This document shows, piece after piece, positions 39,270 through 49,986 of a stretch of 64,000 nt of DNA (within the stretch, counting starts at the first letter, position 1; each line of letters opens with the position of its first letter). The position numbers and the translations under genes are program-made. Origin of the DNA: Arenicellales bacterium. Lineage in GTDB: Bacteria > Pseudomonadota > Gammaproteobacteria > Arenicellales > JAJDZL01. The notes beneath the pieces are model-generated. The model had not been told where the DNA came from. It saw only the letters and a list, made by a program, of their open reading frames with translations, and searched no databases. The stretch spans positions 330,501-394,500 of the forward strand of contig OZ244730.1 of the NCBI GenBank assembly GCA_965219265.1. The letters are read 5' to 3'.

Positions 39270-40517
39270 ATGCCATGGGATGATTCCGGCCCCGGTCGCA
39301 GAGACCGGAATTCCGGGGATAATGGTGGGCGCTCAGGCCCGCCGGAAATCGATGAAATCGTAAGCGACGTTCGACAGAAATTTTCCCGAATGTTTTCGGG
39401 AATCGGAGGGGGAAATTCAGGCAAGTCAGGTGATTCGTCCTCAGGCTCAGGTCGTGGACCTATGAAACTGTTTGGTGGCCGTCGGGTGCTGATACTGATA
39501 GGTGTCATTGTCGCAGCAGGTTTGTGGATTTCAAGCGGGCTCTACGTTGTCGAACAAGGTGAGCAAGGCGTTGAGTTGAGATTTGGCGAGTACACTCGGA
39601 CGACTGGTGCAGGATTGCGCTGGCATATACCGTATCCGATTGAAGAAGTTCTTATCGTCAATGTGCAAAAAGTCAATACAGTTGAAGTTGGATATAGGGT
39701 AAGCGAGCGCAATCGTACGTTTACACCCGTTACGCGTGAAGCATTGATGCTGACCGCAGATGAAAACATCATTGACATCCAGTTTGCGGTGCAATATGAC
39801 ATAAAGGATCCGAAAGATTTGCTATTTCACGTCAGTGACCCACTCCACTTGGTCGTGAGACAGGCAACGGAAAGTGCAGTTCGTGAAATCGTAGGTGGCA
39901 GCACGATGGATTTTGCCATCACTGAGGGTCGAGCCGAGATTGCTCAGGGTACCAAAGTTCTCTTGCAGGAAATTCTCGACCGTTATAAAACTGGTGTCAA
40001 TGTCCGTGCTGTCGAAATGCAGAATGCACAGCCTCCGGCCGAAGTAAAGCCAGCATTCGACGATGCTGTAAAGGCACGTGAAGATGAGGAGCGGCTGAAA
40101 AACGAGGCGGAGGCATACTCTAATGACGTCATTCCGAGAGCTAGAGGAACGGCAGCCCGACTTGTTCAAGAAGCGGAAGCCTACAGGGCGAGCACAATTG
40201 CACGTGCAGAAGGTGAGGCATCTCGTTTCGAGCAAATTTACGACGAGTATCGCAAAGCCCCGCAGATTACCCGCGATCGATTGTACTTGGAGGCGGTAGA
40301 GGAGGTGCTCAGCAACTCTACCAAACTGATTATTGATCAGGAAAATGGCAATAACATCATTTATCTGCCGCTTGATCAAATCATTCAACGGAGAAACAAT
40401 AACGACGCTGGTGCCAACAACGGACGAATCGGCCAGTTTGACGGCCAAACGGGATTTATCGATGGTTCGCGCCGTTCGAGTCGATCAAACGACCGCAACA
40501 GTCGAATTCAGGGATAA
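39270..40517 (+). CDS. hflK: FtsH protease modulator HflK (SPFH domain)
   Basis: Gly-rich N-terminus, one TM helix, SPFH/band-7 core, and EAEAYSNDVIPRARGTAARL. Confidence 0.93.
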   Translation: MPWDDSGPGRRDRNSGDNGGRSGPPEIDEIVSDVRQKFSRMFSGIGGGNSGKSGDSSSGSGRGPMKLFGGRRVLILIGVIVAAGLWISSGLYVVEQGEQGVELRFGEYTRTTGAGLRWHIPYPIEEVLIVNVQKVNTVEVGYRVSERNRTFTPVTREALMLTADENIIDIQFAVQYDIKDPKDLLFHVSDPLHLVVRQATESAVREIVGGSTMDFAITEGRAEIAQGTKVLLQEILDRYKTGVNVRAVEMQNAQPPAEVKPAFDDAVKAREDEERLKNEAEAYSNDVIPRARGTAARLVQEAEAYRASTIARAEGEASRFEQIYDEYRKAPQITRDRLYLEAVEEVLSNSTKLIIDQENGNNIIYLPLDQIIQRRNNNDAGANNGRIGQFDGQTGFIDGSRRSSRSNDRNSRIQG

Positions 40518-40545
40518 GCGGAACAAGGAATAGAGGAAACATTAA

Positions 40546-41448
40546 ATGTCGATTAAAGCAATAATACTCAGTGTCGTTGCAGTCATTGCAGGCGTGCTGA
40601 TCTACGAAACAGTTTATTTTGTAGATGAACGGGAAAAAGCGATCATCTTCCAGTTTGGGCGGATCGTCCAGTCGCACGATCAGCCTGGAATTCATTTCAA
40701 GAAACCATTTATTAACAGCGTACAATTTTTTGATGCCCGAATTCAGACGATGGATGCGGACCCAGAGTTGTACCTGACCGGTGAAAAGAAAAATCTGGTT
40801 GTGGATTCATTCGCCAAGTGGCGAATTCGAGACGTTGCAAAATACTACGTCACGGTTAGCGGATTGCAGTCAAATGTTCGTGCTCGGCTTGCGCAGCGAG
40901 TTAATGACAGTCTGCGCCAGGAATTTGGTAAGCGAGCGGTAAAGGAAGTAATTTCCGGCGACCGAGCTGAAATTATGGAATTGGTTCGACTCGCTGTGGA
41001 TAAAGAAGCGTCTGAATTCGGCGTGGAAGTTCTGGATGTCCGATTGAAACGTGTCGATTTGGACCCCGAAGTCAGTGAGAGAGTGTATAGCAGGATGGAA
41101 GCTGAGCGTTCTCGAGTTGCCAAAGAGTTACGGGCACAAGGGGCGGAAGTTGCAGAAATTATTCGCGCAGATGCTGACCGACAACGTGAGATTACGGTTG
41201 CCAATGCTTATCGGGAAGCCGAGCAGATTCGTGGAGAAGGCGATGCTACAGCGACACTGACTTATGCCAATGCCTTTGGTCGAGATGCGGAATTCTACAG
41301 ACTATATCGAAGTTTGAATGCGTATCGAACTACGTTTCGGTCCAAAGAAGATCTGCTGATTCTTGAACCCAATTCAGAATTCTTCCAATACTTCAAGAGC
41401 AATTCCCCGAATAGCATGCCATCGGAGGTTGATGAATCCGGCGGATAG
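40546..41448 (+). CDS. hflC: FtsH protease modulator HflC (SPFH domain)
   Basis: N-terminal TM helix and SPFH core with RAEGAEVAEIIRADADRQ-like helices; follows hflK. Confidence 0.93.
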   Translation: MSIKAIILSVVAVIAGVLIYETVYFVDEREKAIIFQFGRIVQSHDQPGIHFKKPFINSVQFFDARIQTMDADPELYLTGEKKNLVVDSFAKWRIRDVAKYYVTVSGLQSNVRARLAQRVNDSLRQEFGKRAVKEVISGDRAEIMELVRLAVDKEASEFGVEVLDVRLKRVDLDPEVSERVYSRMEAERSRVAKELRAQGAEVAEIIRADADRQREITVANAYREAEQIRGEGDATATLTYANAFGRDAEFYRLYRSLNAYRTTFRSKEDLLILEPNSEFFQYFKSNSPNSMPSEVDESGG

Positions 41449-41464
41449 GGAGTATTGAACAGCA

Positions 41465-41662
41465 GTGTTCACCTGGAAAATTATTATTGCCGCAATAGGC
41501 TTGATACTTATCATTGAAGGCGCTGTTTATTTTGCCCTTCCCGATGTATCCAGAAAATTGCTCCAGTCTGTACTTGAATCCAAAGCTCATGTCATACGGT
41601 GGATAGGGCTTGGATGCATCATACTTGGGTTGGCAGTTCTCTGGTCCGCAAGTTCAATATAG
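41465..41662 (+). CDS. yjeT: Small DUF2065-family membrane protein (YjeT-like)
   Basis: 65 aa with two hydrophobic helices. Same position after hflC as E. coli yjeT. GTG start. Confidence 0.7.
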   Translation: MFTWKIIIAAIGLILIIEGAVYFALPDVSRKLLQSVLESKAHVIRWIGLGCIILGLAVLWSASSI

Positions 41663-41669
41663 AATCCGA

Positions 41670-41703
41670 AAAATTTTCCGTTTACGGAAAATTTTATTGT
41701 TTG
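41670..41703 (+). terminator. Rho-independent terminator after the hfq-hflXKC-yjeT unit
   Basis: An 11-bp stem AAAATTTTCCG, loop TTTA, then CGGAAAATTTT, followed by ATTGTTTG. Confidence 0.55.
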
Positions 41704-41743
41704 ATGGAAATACTGCCAATTTCTTAGGTAGTTTGAAATAGTA

Positions 41744-44250
<2,507 letters not shown>

Positions 44251-44285
44251 TCTGTCCTTGACGACAGGGCAATCGAGTTTGTCGG

Positions 44286-44753
44286 TTAGGTGATGATTGA
44301 ATCACCGACGCTGATTTTTCCACTTCTCACAATGTGTGCTCGCAGTCCAGCTCGATGAAGCCATTGTTTGACGAGTTTGGGATTGTCGGTCAATCCGCTT
44401 AAATAAGTGCATGGCTCGCACAGTCGCATTCCCGTGAGCGTCACATCTCCCACTTGAAATGTTCTTCCAACCAGACTGTTCAGATTTACATCACGGGTAA
44501 TGATATTTCTGCGAGATTGTGAATAATTCAATGTGATGCCGTGTTTTTCCTTCAATTCTTCAAAGGCTTCTGATTCGATCAGAGTGATTTCCTGATCGGG
44601 TTCAATTTCAGCTTTTGAGTAGGTTCCATTTAGCGAATAGTATCGGTCTCCCATGAGTCCACGATTTTCAACCGCGCTGACAGGGTTGACTGAATTCATT
44701 GCGGCACCTGGTTCGGGTGTGATAAACATTTCAATTACTACGCCATTCGACAT
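44286..44753 (-). CDS. MOSC domain-containing protein
   Basis: GLMGDRY, SRRNIITRDVNLNSLVGRTFQVGDVTLTGMRLCEPCTYL (conserved MOSC cysteine), and LRAHIVRSGKISVGD. Confidence 0.85.
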   Translation of the reverse strand: MSNGVVIEMFITPEPGAAMNSVNPVSAVENRGLMGDRYYSLNGTYSKAEIEPDQEITLIESEAFEELKEKHGITLNYSQSRRNIITRDVNLNSLVGRTFQVGDVTLTGMRLCEPCTYLSGLTDNPKLVKQWLHRAGLRAHIVRSGKISVGDSIIT

Positions 44754-45122
44754 TGAATTCTGATCCTTTTTGGAGTGAAAAATTTTAGAGAGAGCAAGTA
44801 TACCGTTTGTAAAAAGATGAAGTTGCGAAAACCCAGTATATATTGCGATCTAAAGTATTGTACCAGTTACCAATTGACATCGAGTACTCGACAAGGCTTG
44901 AAAGAGTACGAAAGATATTCCGAATCTTGTAGTCATAAAGAGTAACATTGATGGACATGTGATTGTGAAAAATTCCAAAATTTCGTGATGATCCCGTTCA
45001 ATAGAATCATACAGTTGTGCTGCAGATATCTGTTGCACAAGGGTTATTGGTTAGTGCAGCTGTTTTCACGCCAAAAAGGTTCGGACCATACTGCCAACCA
45101 GAGCGTCAGGCGGATTCATCAT

Positions 45123-45524
45123 ATGGATGAAAATCTGCCTGAGGACATAGAAGATGTACTTGAGTTGTCGGCGATTTTGGAAATCAGAGAATTTGATTTT
45201 TTCGGTCTCGCGTATCATTGGTGGTTTGGACGTGTTCCCAGCCACGAGGTACTGGAATCTCACTTTTGCAGATACATGTTCAACAAAATCGTCCCTCACT
45301 GGGTTAGACACTATAGCCGAATGGTATTTGATCTTAAATTACAGGGCGAATTAGACAGGGAATCTCTAGGAATCAACAGGCTCCCCGATGCCACACCACA
45401 GTCCATACGAGCTGGAGTTCGTTACACGGTAATTGTGTTTTCCAGTTTGGCGATATTGATTCTGATTGCGGAATTAGCCGTTCAGTTTTCTGTTCTGCCT
45501 TGCATGTTTCCACCGTGTTATTGA
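45123..45524 (+). CDS. Hypothetical protein with a C-terminal TM anchor
   Basis: ORF from the ATG at 45123 (MDENLPEDIEDVLEL...). A hydrophobic segment VIVFSSLAILILIAELAV is present. No family is recognised. The start is uncertain (the ORF is open from 44985). Confidence 0.45.
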   Translation: MDENLPEDIEDVLELSAILEIREFDFFGLAYHWWFGRVPSHEVLESHFCRYMFNKIVPHWVRHYSRMVFDLKLQGELDRESLGINRLPDATPQSIRAGVRYTVIVFSSLAILILIAELAVQFSVLPCMFPPCY

Positions 45525-45546
45525 ATTCACGAACCAGTCAATCTGA

Positions 45547-45711
45547 ATGGACTTTTTTTTTCTGATCGTTACGGCAGTAGTAGCATATCACGCACTTACA
45601 TATCGTAATAAAGAAGGCGAAAGAGATACTGTTCGTCTTCTATTTGGTTGCATTGCGCTGCTATTTTTCTTTCGGGTATTGTTTGTAGACGTCCTGGAAG
45701 TGTGGAACTGA
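45547..45711 (+). CDS. Possible 54-aa two-helix membrane peptide (below the ORF-track cutoff)
   Basis: Translates as MDFFFLIVTAVVAYHALTYRNKEGERDTVRLLFGCIALLFFFRVLFVDVLEVWN, two hydrophobic helices joined by a charged loop. The SD sequence is weak. Confidence 0.3.
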   Translation: MDFFFLIVTAVVAYHALTYRNKEGERDTVRLLFGCIALLFFFRVLFVDVLEVWN

Positions 45712-45780
45712 TTCGTGACGGACACTGCTTGATTTCTCATCACTGAAATCAAGTGAATTTCCAATAATCCATTTCGAGTT

Positions 45781-46356
45781 GTGGATACAGGCGCACATAT
45801 TGTCTGCAATCTTGTAGTTCAGAGCCGCCCTTCGCAGCCTCGAATATTTGCAGCTATCATTTTTGGCGCTGCGCTCCCTGACTTGCCGATCGTTTTTTTC
45901 TACGCTTGGGAATCACTGGTTATCGGCAATTCTGAAGCGGTAATCTGGGATTCTCGATATTTCCTTCCAAACTGGCAGAACTTCATTGACTGTTTCAATT
46001 CAATTCCGATTATTGCCACAGTACTTTTGATTTCTGTACTGTTTCGGCTGAAATGGCTCTCTGTCATCATGATTGGAATGCTGTTGCATATCATGTTTGA
46101 TTTGCCACTTCATCATGACGATGCACATCGCCATTTGTTTCCATTTTCAGAGTGGCGCTTCGTTAGCCCGGTGTCTTACTGGGACCCTCGATATCATGGT
46201 GATCTAATAAAGATGATTCAAATTGTTTTGGTAGCAGTTGGGCTGGTCTGGCTGTGGATACGTCATCCGGGAACAATGGAGAAATTAGTGACCGTTGCAA
46301 TAGGACTGGGATACGTAGCGTTTCAAATATTTGTATTGCAGGTTTGGATTAATTGA
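45781..46356 (+). CDS. Hypothetical polytopic membrane protein, possibly a His-rich metal-dependent hydrolase-like protein (DUF457/YdjM-like)
   Basis: GTG start and 5-6 hydrophobic segments. Conserved-looking His clusters are present (MDTGAHIV, LHIMFDLPLHHDDAHRH). The family assignment is tentative. Confidence 0.4.
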   Translation: MDTGAHIVCNLVVQSRPSQPRIFAAIIFGAALPDLPIVFFYAWESLVIGNSEAVIWDSRYFLPNWQNFIDCFNSIPIIATVLLISVLFRLKWLSVIMIGMLLHIMFDLPLHHDDAHRHLFPFSEWRFVSPVSYWDPRYHGDLIKMIQIVLVAVGLVWLWIRHPGTMEKLVTVAIGLGYVAFQIFVLQVWIN

Positions 46357-46372
46357 AAAATATAAAGCAAAT

Positions 46373-46951
46373 TTATTTTTTATAACCTCTTTGTTGCTGA
46401 TCAATTTCAGGATTATTTAGCAGGCGTTCGAATTCCGGTTTCTCAAGTTCACGCAATATGTAACCAGCCCGGTCTGCAATGCTTGGTGGCTTTTCCGCCT
46501 GTTTACGAAGAAAGCGGGTTAGCCAGTGAGGGCCTTCCGAAATTTCAGGATCCAGCTGGAGAGCTTTTAGGTAGTCATTCAAAGCAAGTTCATACTGCCC
46601 CATACGGTCATATAGAATTCCTCGATTGGCATAGGTTCCTCCGAAATTGGGTTCCAGTGCGATTGCCTCATTGAATATATCCAGCGCCTCATTGTGTTGA
46701 TCCAGCTGCATCAATGTTCGGGCTTTGCCACGCATTGCATGAATATGAGCGGGGTCTTCAGTAAGTGCAAGGTCGTACGATTCCAGAGCGCGATCGTAGG
46801 CCTCGTCCTCAAACAGTCGGTTTGCAGCGTGATAGAAGGAATCACCAGGATTGCGGTGTTGAAAATAGCTGTCATAGATGCCCCAGCCGAGCCAGCCGAC
46901 AGCCATGATGATAGCGGTGTATTTCAGAAACTGATAAAGACGCGGATCCAA
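46373..46951 (-). CDS. Membrane-anchored TPR-repeat protein
   Basis: N-terminal TM helix (YTAIIMAVGWLGWGIY) followed by three or more TPR units (e.g. YDRALESYDLALTEDP, HNEALDIFNEAIALEP, YELALNDYLKALQLDP). TTG start. Confidence 0.7.
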   Translation of the reverse strand: MDPRLYQFLKYTAIIMAVGWLGWGIYDSYFQHRNPGDSFYHAANRLFEDEAYDRALESYDLALTEDPAHIHAMRGKARTLMQLDQHNEALDIFNEAIALEPNFGGTYANRGILYDRMGQYELALNDYLKALQLDPEISEGPHWLTRFLRKQAEKPPSIADRAGYILRELEKPEFERLLNNPEIDQQQRGYKK

Positions 46952-46961
46952 AGCGTTGACA

Positions 46962-47189
46962 TCAATTCAGGATGCGATAGTTAAAAAGCAAGGAAAATGC
47001 CAGGCAGACTACGCCAGCAATAATGTAAGCTCGTCTTTTCTGTCCTTGAAGTTCTTCTGATTCTAGTTTTTTCTGCAATTTCTTCTGTAATCTCCTGACG
47101 CTTATCACCCAAATCAGTTGTCCGACAGGATAAAGCAAGGCGAGAGTTAACGCAATTACCCAGAGCCAGTAATTTGTAAGTTGTGACAT
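46962..47189 (-). CDS. Small two-TM hypothetical protein
   Basis: MSQLTNYWLWVIALTLALLYPVGQLIWVISVRRLQKKLQKKLE...AYIIAGVVCLAFSLLF. It ends 10 nt upstream of the TPR gene start. Confidence 0.45.
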   Translation of the reverse strand: MSQLTNYWLWVIALTLALLYPVGQLIWVISVRRLQKKLQKKLESEELQGQKRRAYIIAGVVCLAFSLLFNYRILN

Positions 47190-47238
47190 GTTTGCGTCAG
47201 TTGCTTTGGAACAGATATATCGAACATTCACAGATTAT

Positions 47239-47269
47239 AAAAAAAGGGAGGGTTGCCCCTCCCTTTTTT
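47239..47269 (-). terminator. Bidirectional rho-independent terminator after the symporter gene
   Basis: AAAAAAA, then GGGAGGG, loop TTGC, then CCCTCCC, then TTTTTT. It lies 17 nt beyond the symporter stop. Confidence 0.75.
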
Positions 47270-47285
47270 GAAGCATGAATGCTTA

Positions 47286-49235
47286 TCAGGCACTTGTTTC
47301 CTGAGTGTCTCCGATATCTTCTTGAAGCACTTCGATTTCGGTTTCTTGCAGGGTAGACATTTGCATCCTGTAAGCGAGAAACCACATCATGAATACTCCA
47401 AGAGCCCACCACAAAATTTGCCATGCCCAGATGGACGGCATTCCGAACATCCAGGTTGCAGCATCATTCGGGTTTCCGAAAATCTCGTTGCCGATCACGG
47501 CACCAGGGCCGATTCCAAAGAAGAACCAAACCAGCGTGATAATCCACGCCAGAGGAATCATTCCTCGTTTGGATTCCGGCAGTGAAGCATGCTCAGCAAG
47601 GAAACTGTGGTATTTCATCTTGTGCTCATATTCTGCTTTGTTCTGAGTAACTGCAGAAATGACGACCGCTATTCCAAGGTTGAATATGATTCCCCAACCG
47701 GCAGAATGTATCGTCAGTGGCCATCTGCCCCAAGCGGTGATGCCCAGATTTTGGCCAACTGTTTCCGTGCATACGACAGCAACCAAACCGACCGCTAATC
47801 CTATCGTAATTCCCGCTCTTGTCAGCCATGGAAAGTAACAGACAGCCAGCAAGGCGGGCCACATCTGAAATCCAAATGCTACTGCCAGTCCTCCAAGAAG
47901 AACCAGAGCGTCGGTGGAGGTCGTTGCAACGACCAGAGCGGCGAGTACGATGAGTCCAACGCCGATTCGTCCGAACAGCTTCTGCTGCCCGTGCGAGACA
48001 TTCGGCATGATGAAATGCTTCAACAGGTCACGGGTCAGCATCGCACCGGCAGTCGACATATATGCCGCACCAGTTGATTGCATGGCCGCTAGAGCACAGA
48101 CTGACAGCAGTCCCACCAGCCAGGGCGCTACATCCTGCATCACGTGGATCAACTGTGGAACAAGCATCCCTTGTTTACCGACTGACTGCATCAGGTCCTT
48201 GCCTTCTAGTCCTTGTCCTAGTGCGTTATTTACTGCATCAGGATATGCTGCTAGATATGCTAGATCGGCTCCAATCATATGCCCACCCATTCCCTGCATT
48301 GCAGTGAAGAAGAACAGGATAAAACCAATTCCAAGAGAAGAAGCCCACACCTGCTGAGGTGCAAATGGTTTCGGAGAGTGGTTGGAGAATGCCCACATGG
48401 AAAACGCCGGTGAGGACTGAATACCCATGAGTGCGAACATGTAGCTCAAAATCATAATGCCGGTCCAAGCTCCGCCAACAGCTGAGGGGCCATTCGAAAC
48501 CCATTGAATGACTCCAGGTATGGCAATGTAGTGACTAAAGCCATCGGGCGTTCGCTTTGGGTCGATTGCAGCTAGGTTTGCAATGCCTTCATTCAATGCA
48601 GCCCAGCCGCCTACCAGATTCAGAGTAATGATTCCGATGACGACAATTCCGAGCGCCAACAGTACGCATTGCAAAGTATCCACATAAGCCACAGCCCTTA
48701 ATCCGCCTGATGCGACATAGATAAACACAACCGCAGAAAGCAGCCACATTCCAACATTCACGCCCAGTGCACCGTCAGTCAGCACATTGAACAGAAATCC
48801 GGAGGCACGTAACTGAATACCGAGATATGGAACCGAAAAACATAGTGCCACTAGTACAACAAGAACTCGAATAATGTCGGATTTAAAATAATGGGATAAC
48901 ATCTCGCCAGGCGTAACAAATCCGAAGCGTTTACCCAGCATCCACTGACGTTTCAGAAATAGGACACCGGTAAACGGAATTGTTATCGCATAGAAAGACG
49001 CGTAAGCGTACTGAAATCCATCACGATATAACAGACCGGGGTGTCCCATAAAAGTCCAACCCGAAAAAGATGTTGCAGTTGCAGCAAGTACGAATACCCA
49101 CAGAGACAAACGACGGCCGGCAATGAAGTAATCACTTGCCGTATGTGCAGTCATCGCACCTCTAACGCCCCAGTAAATACAGTAGGCCCAGTATAGAACT
49201 ACAAATATAAATAACCAAACTATCTTAGCATCCAA
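47286..49235 (-). CDS. Sodium:solute symporter family (SSF) transporter, long 649-aa form
   Basis: About 14-15 TM segments. The SSF N-terminal pattern is present (DYFIAGRRLSLWVFVLAATATSFSGWTFMG, GGLRAVAYVDTLQ). TTG start with GAGGG 8 nt upstream. Confidence 0.85.
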   Translation of the reverse strand: MDAKIVWLFIFVVLYWAYCIYWGVRGAMTAHTASDYFIAGRRLSLWVFVLAATATSFSGWTFMGHPGLLYRDGFQYAYASFYAITIPFTGVLFLKRQWMLGKRFGFVTPGEMLSHYFKSDIIRVLVVLVALCFSVPYLGIQLRASGFLFNVLTDGALGVNVGMWLLSAVVFIYVASGGLRAVAYVDTLQCVLLALGIVVIGIITLNLVGGWAALNEGIANLAAIDPKRTPDGFSHYIAIPGVIQWVSNGPSAVGGAWTGIMILSYMFALMGIQSSPAFSMWAFSNHSPKPFAPQQVWASSLGIGFILFFFTAMQGMGGHMIGADLAYLAAYPDAVNNALGQGLEGKDLMQSVGKQGMLVPQLIHVMQDVAPWLVGLLSVCALAAMQSTGAAYMSTAGAMLTRDLLKHFIMPNVSHGQQKLFGRIGVGLIVLAALVVATTSTDALVLLGGLAVAFGFQMWPALLAVCYFPWLTRAGITIGLAVGLVAVVCTETVGQNLGITAWGRWPLTIHSAGWGIIFNLGIAVVISAVTQNKAEYEHKMKYHSFLAEHASLPESKRGMIPLAWIITLVWFFFGIGPGAVIGNEIFGNPNDAATWMFGMPSIWAWQILWWALGVFMMWFLAYRMQMSTLQETEIEVLQEDIGDTQETSA

Positions 49236-49340
49236 TTTAACTACCCTCTCTCATAAAATTACAATCGAAGCTTTCCGACTGAAATGATCCTCCTTTCAGG
49301 AGGAATTTTAATTGTCTGATTATAAATTATTAATATTCAA

Positions 49341-49368
49341 AATATATTATTTCTTGGAATTGTTGCAA
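49341..49368 (-). promoter_or_regulatory. Candidate sigma70 promoter for the symporter gene
   Basis: Read on the minus strand: TTGCAA (49368-49363), a 16-nt spacer, then TATATT (49346-49341). This predicts a ~100-nt leader. Confidence 0.3.
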
Positions 49369-49612
49369 ATTGACCGGCTGAATGCGGTTTTTCACAAAAT
49401 TGGGGGGAGATTACATGTCGACAGAAAGATTTTCGTCGAGCCAATTATTCCAGGCAACGTTTACACATGAACAATTTATAATTATTTGCAAGCCACAGCC
49501 AGTTGAACTTTTCTCAGGGTAGTAATGCAGTCGAAGTTATCCAAATTCGGGAATATCAGGTTATGGCGATAGCTTGCTCAACTGTGTGGAATATAAATTT
49601 TAGGTTTATTGA

Positions 49613-49699
49613 GCCGAGGTGGCGAAATTGGCAGACGCGCTAGCTTCAGGTGCTAGTGGGGGCAACCCCGTGGAGGTTCAAGTCCTCTCCTCGGCACCA
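49613..49699 (+). tRNA. tRNA-Leu (anticodon CAG), class II with a long variable arm; CCA encoded
   Basis: Acceptor stem GCCGAGG/CCTCGGC, anticodon stem-loop CTAGC-TTCAGGT-GCTAG, variable arm TGGGGGCAACCCCGT, T-arm GGAGG-TTCAAGT-CCTCT, then ACCA. Confidence 0.95.
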
Positions 49700-49796
49700 G
49701 CCATATGCTGGTAATGACCAAATTTCCGTTGACTGGAATTCCAATTCTCAGCGGTTGCCAGAACAAATTCCGCACCAAACAGATGGAACATGAAAG

Positions 49797-49873
49797 TGGC
49801 ACGCCCGGAGGGATTCGAACCCCCGACAACCAGGTTCGAAGCCTGGTACTCTATCCAGCTGAGCTACGGGCGC
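49797..49873 (-). tRNA. tRNA-Arg (anticodon UCG); CCA encoded
   Basis: The reverse complement is GCGCCCGTAGCTCAGCTGGATAGAGTACCAGGCTTCGAACCTGGTTGTCGGGGGTTCGAATCCCTCCGGGCGTGCCA. The anticodon arm is CCAGG-CTTCGAA-CCTGG. The body closely resembles E. coli tRNA-Arg(ACG). Confidence 0.92.
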
Positions 49874-49986
49874 TTAATTGAAAGTCTACTGTGTGTCCCA
49901 AACAGTAGCAACTAGTTTAACTGAAATTCTGCGTTCGCTGCAGTCTAAATTCACTGTATACCTCTAACAGAATGACACTTTGCACA

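Noticed and set aside
49613-49873. The convergent tRNA-Leu/tRNA-Arg pair as an integration hotspot for a genomic island
   Set aside because: There is no integrase and no duplicated tRNA 3'-end segment. I could not see any phage or conjugative genes on either side, so the evidence is insufficient.
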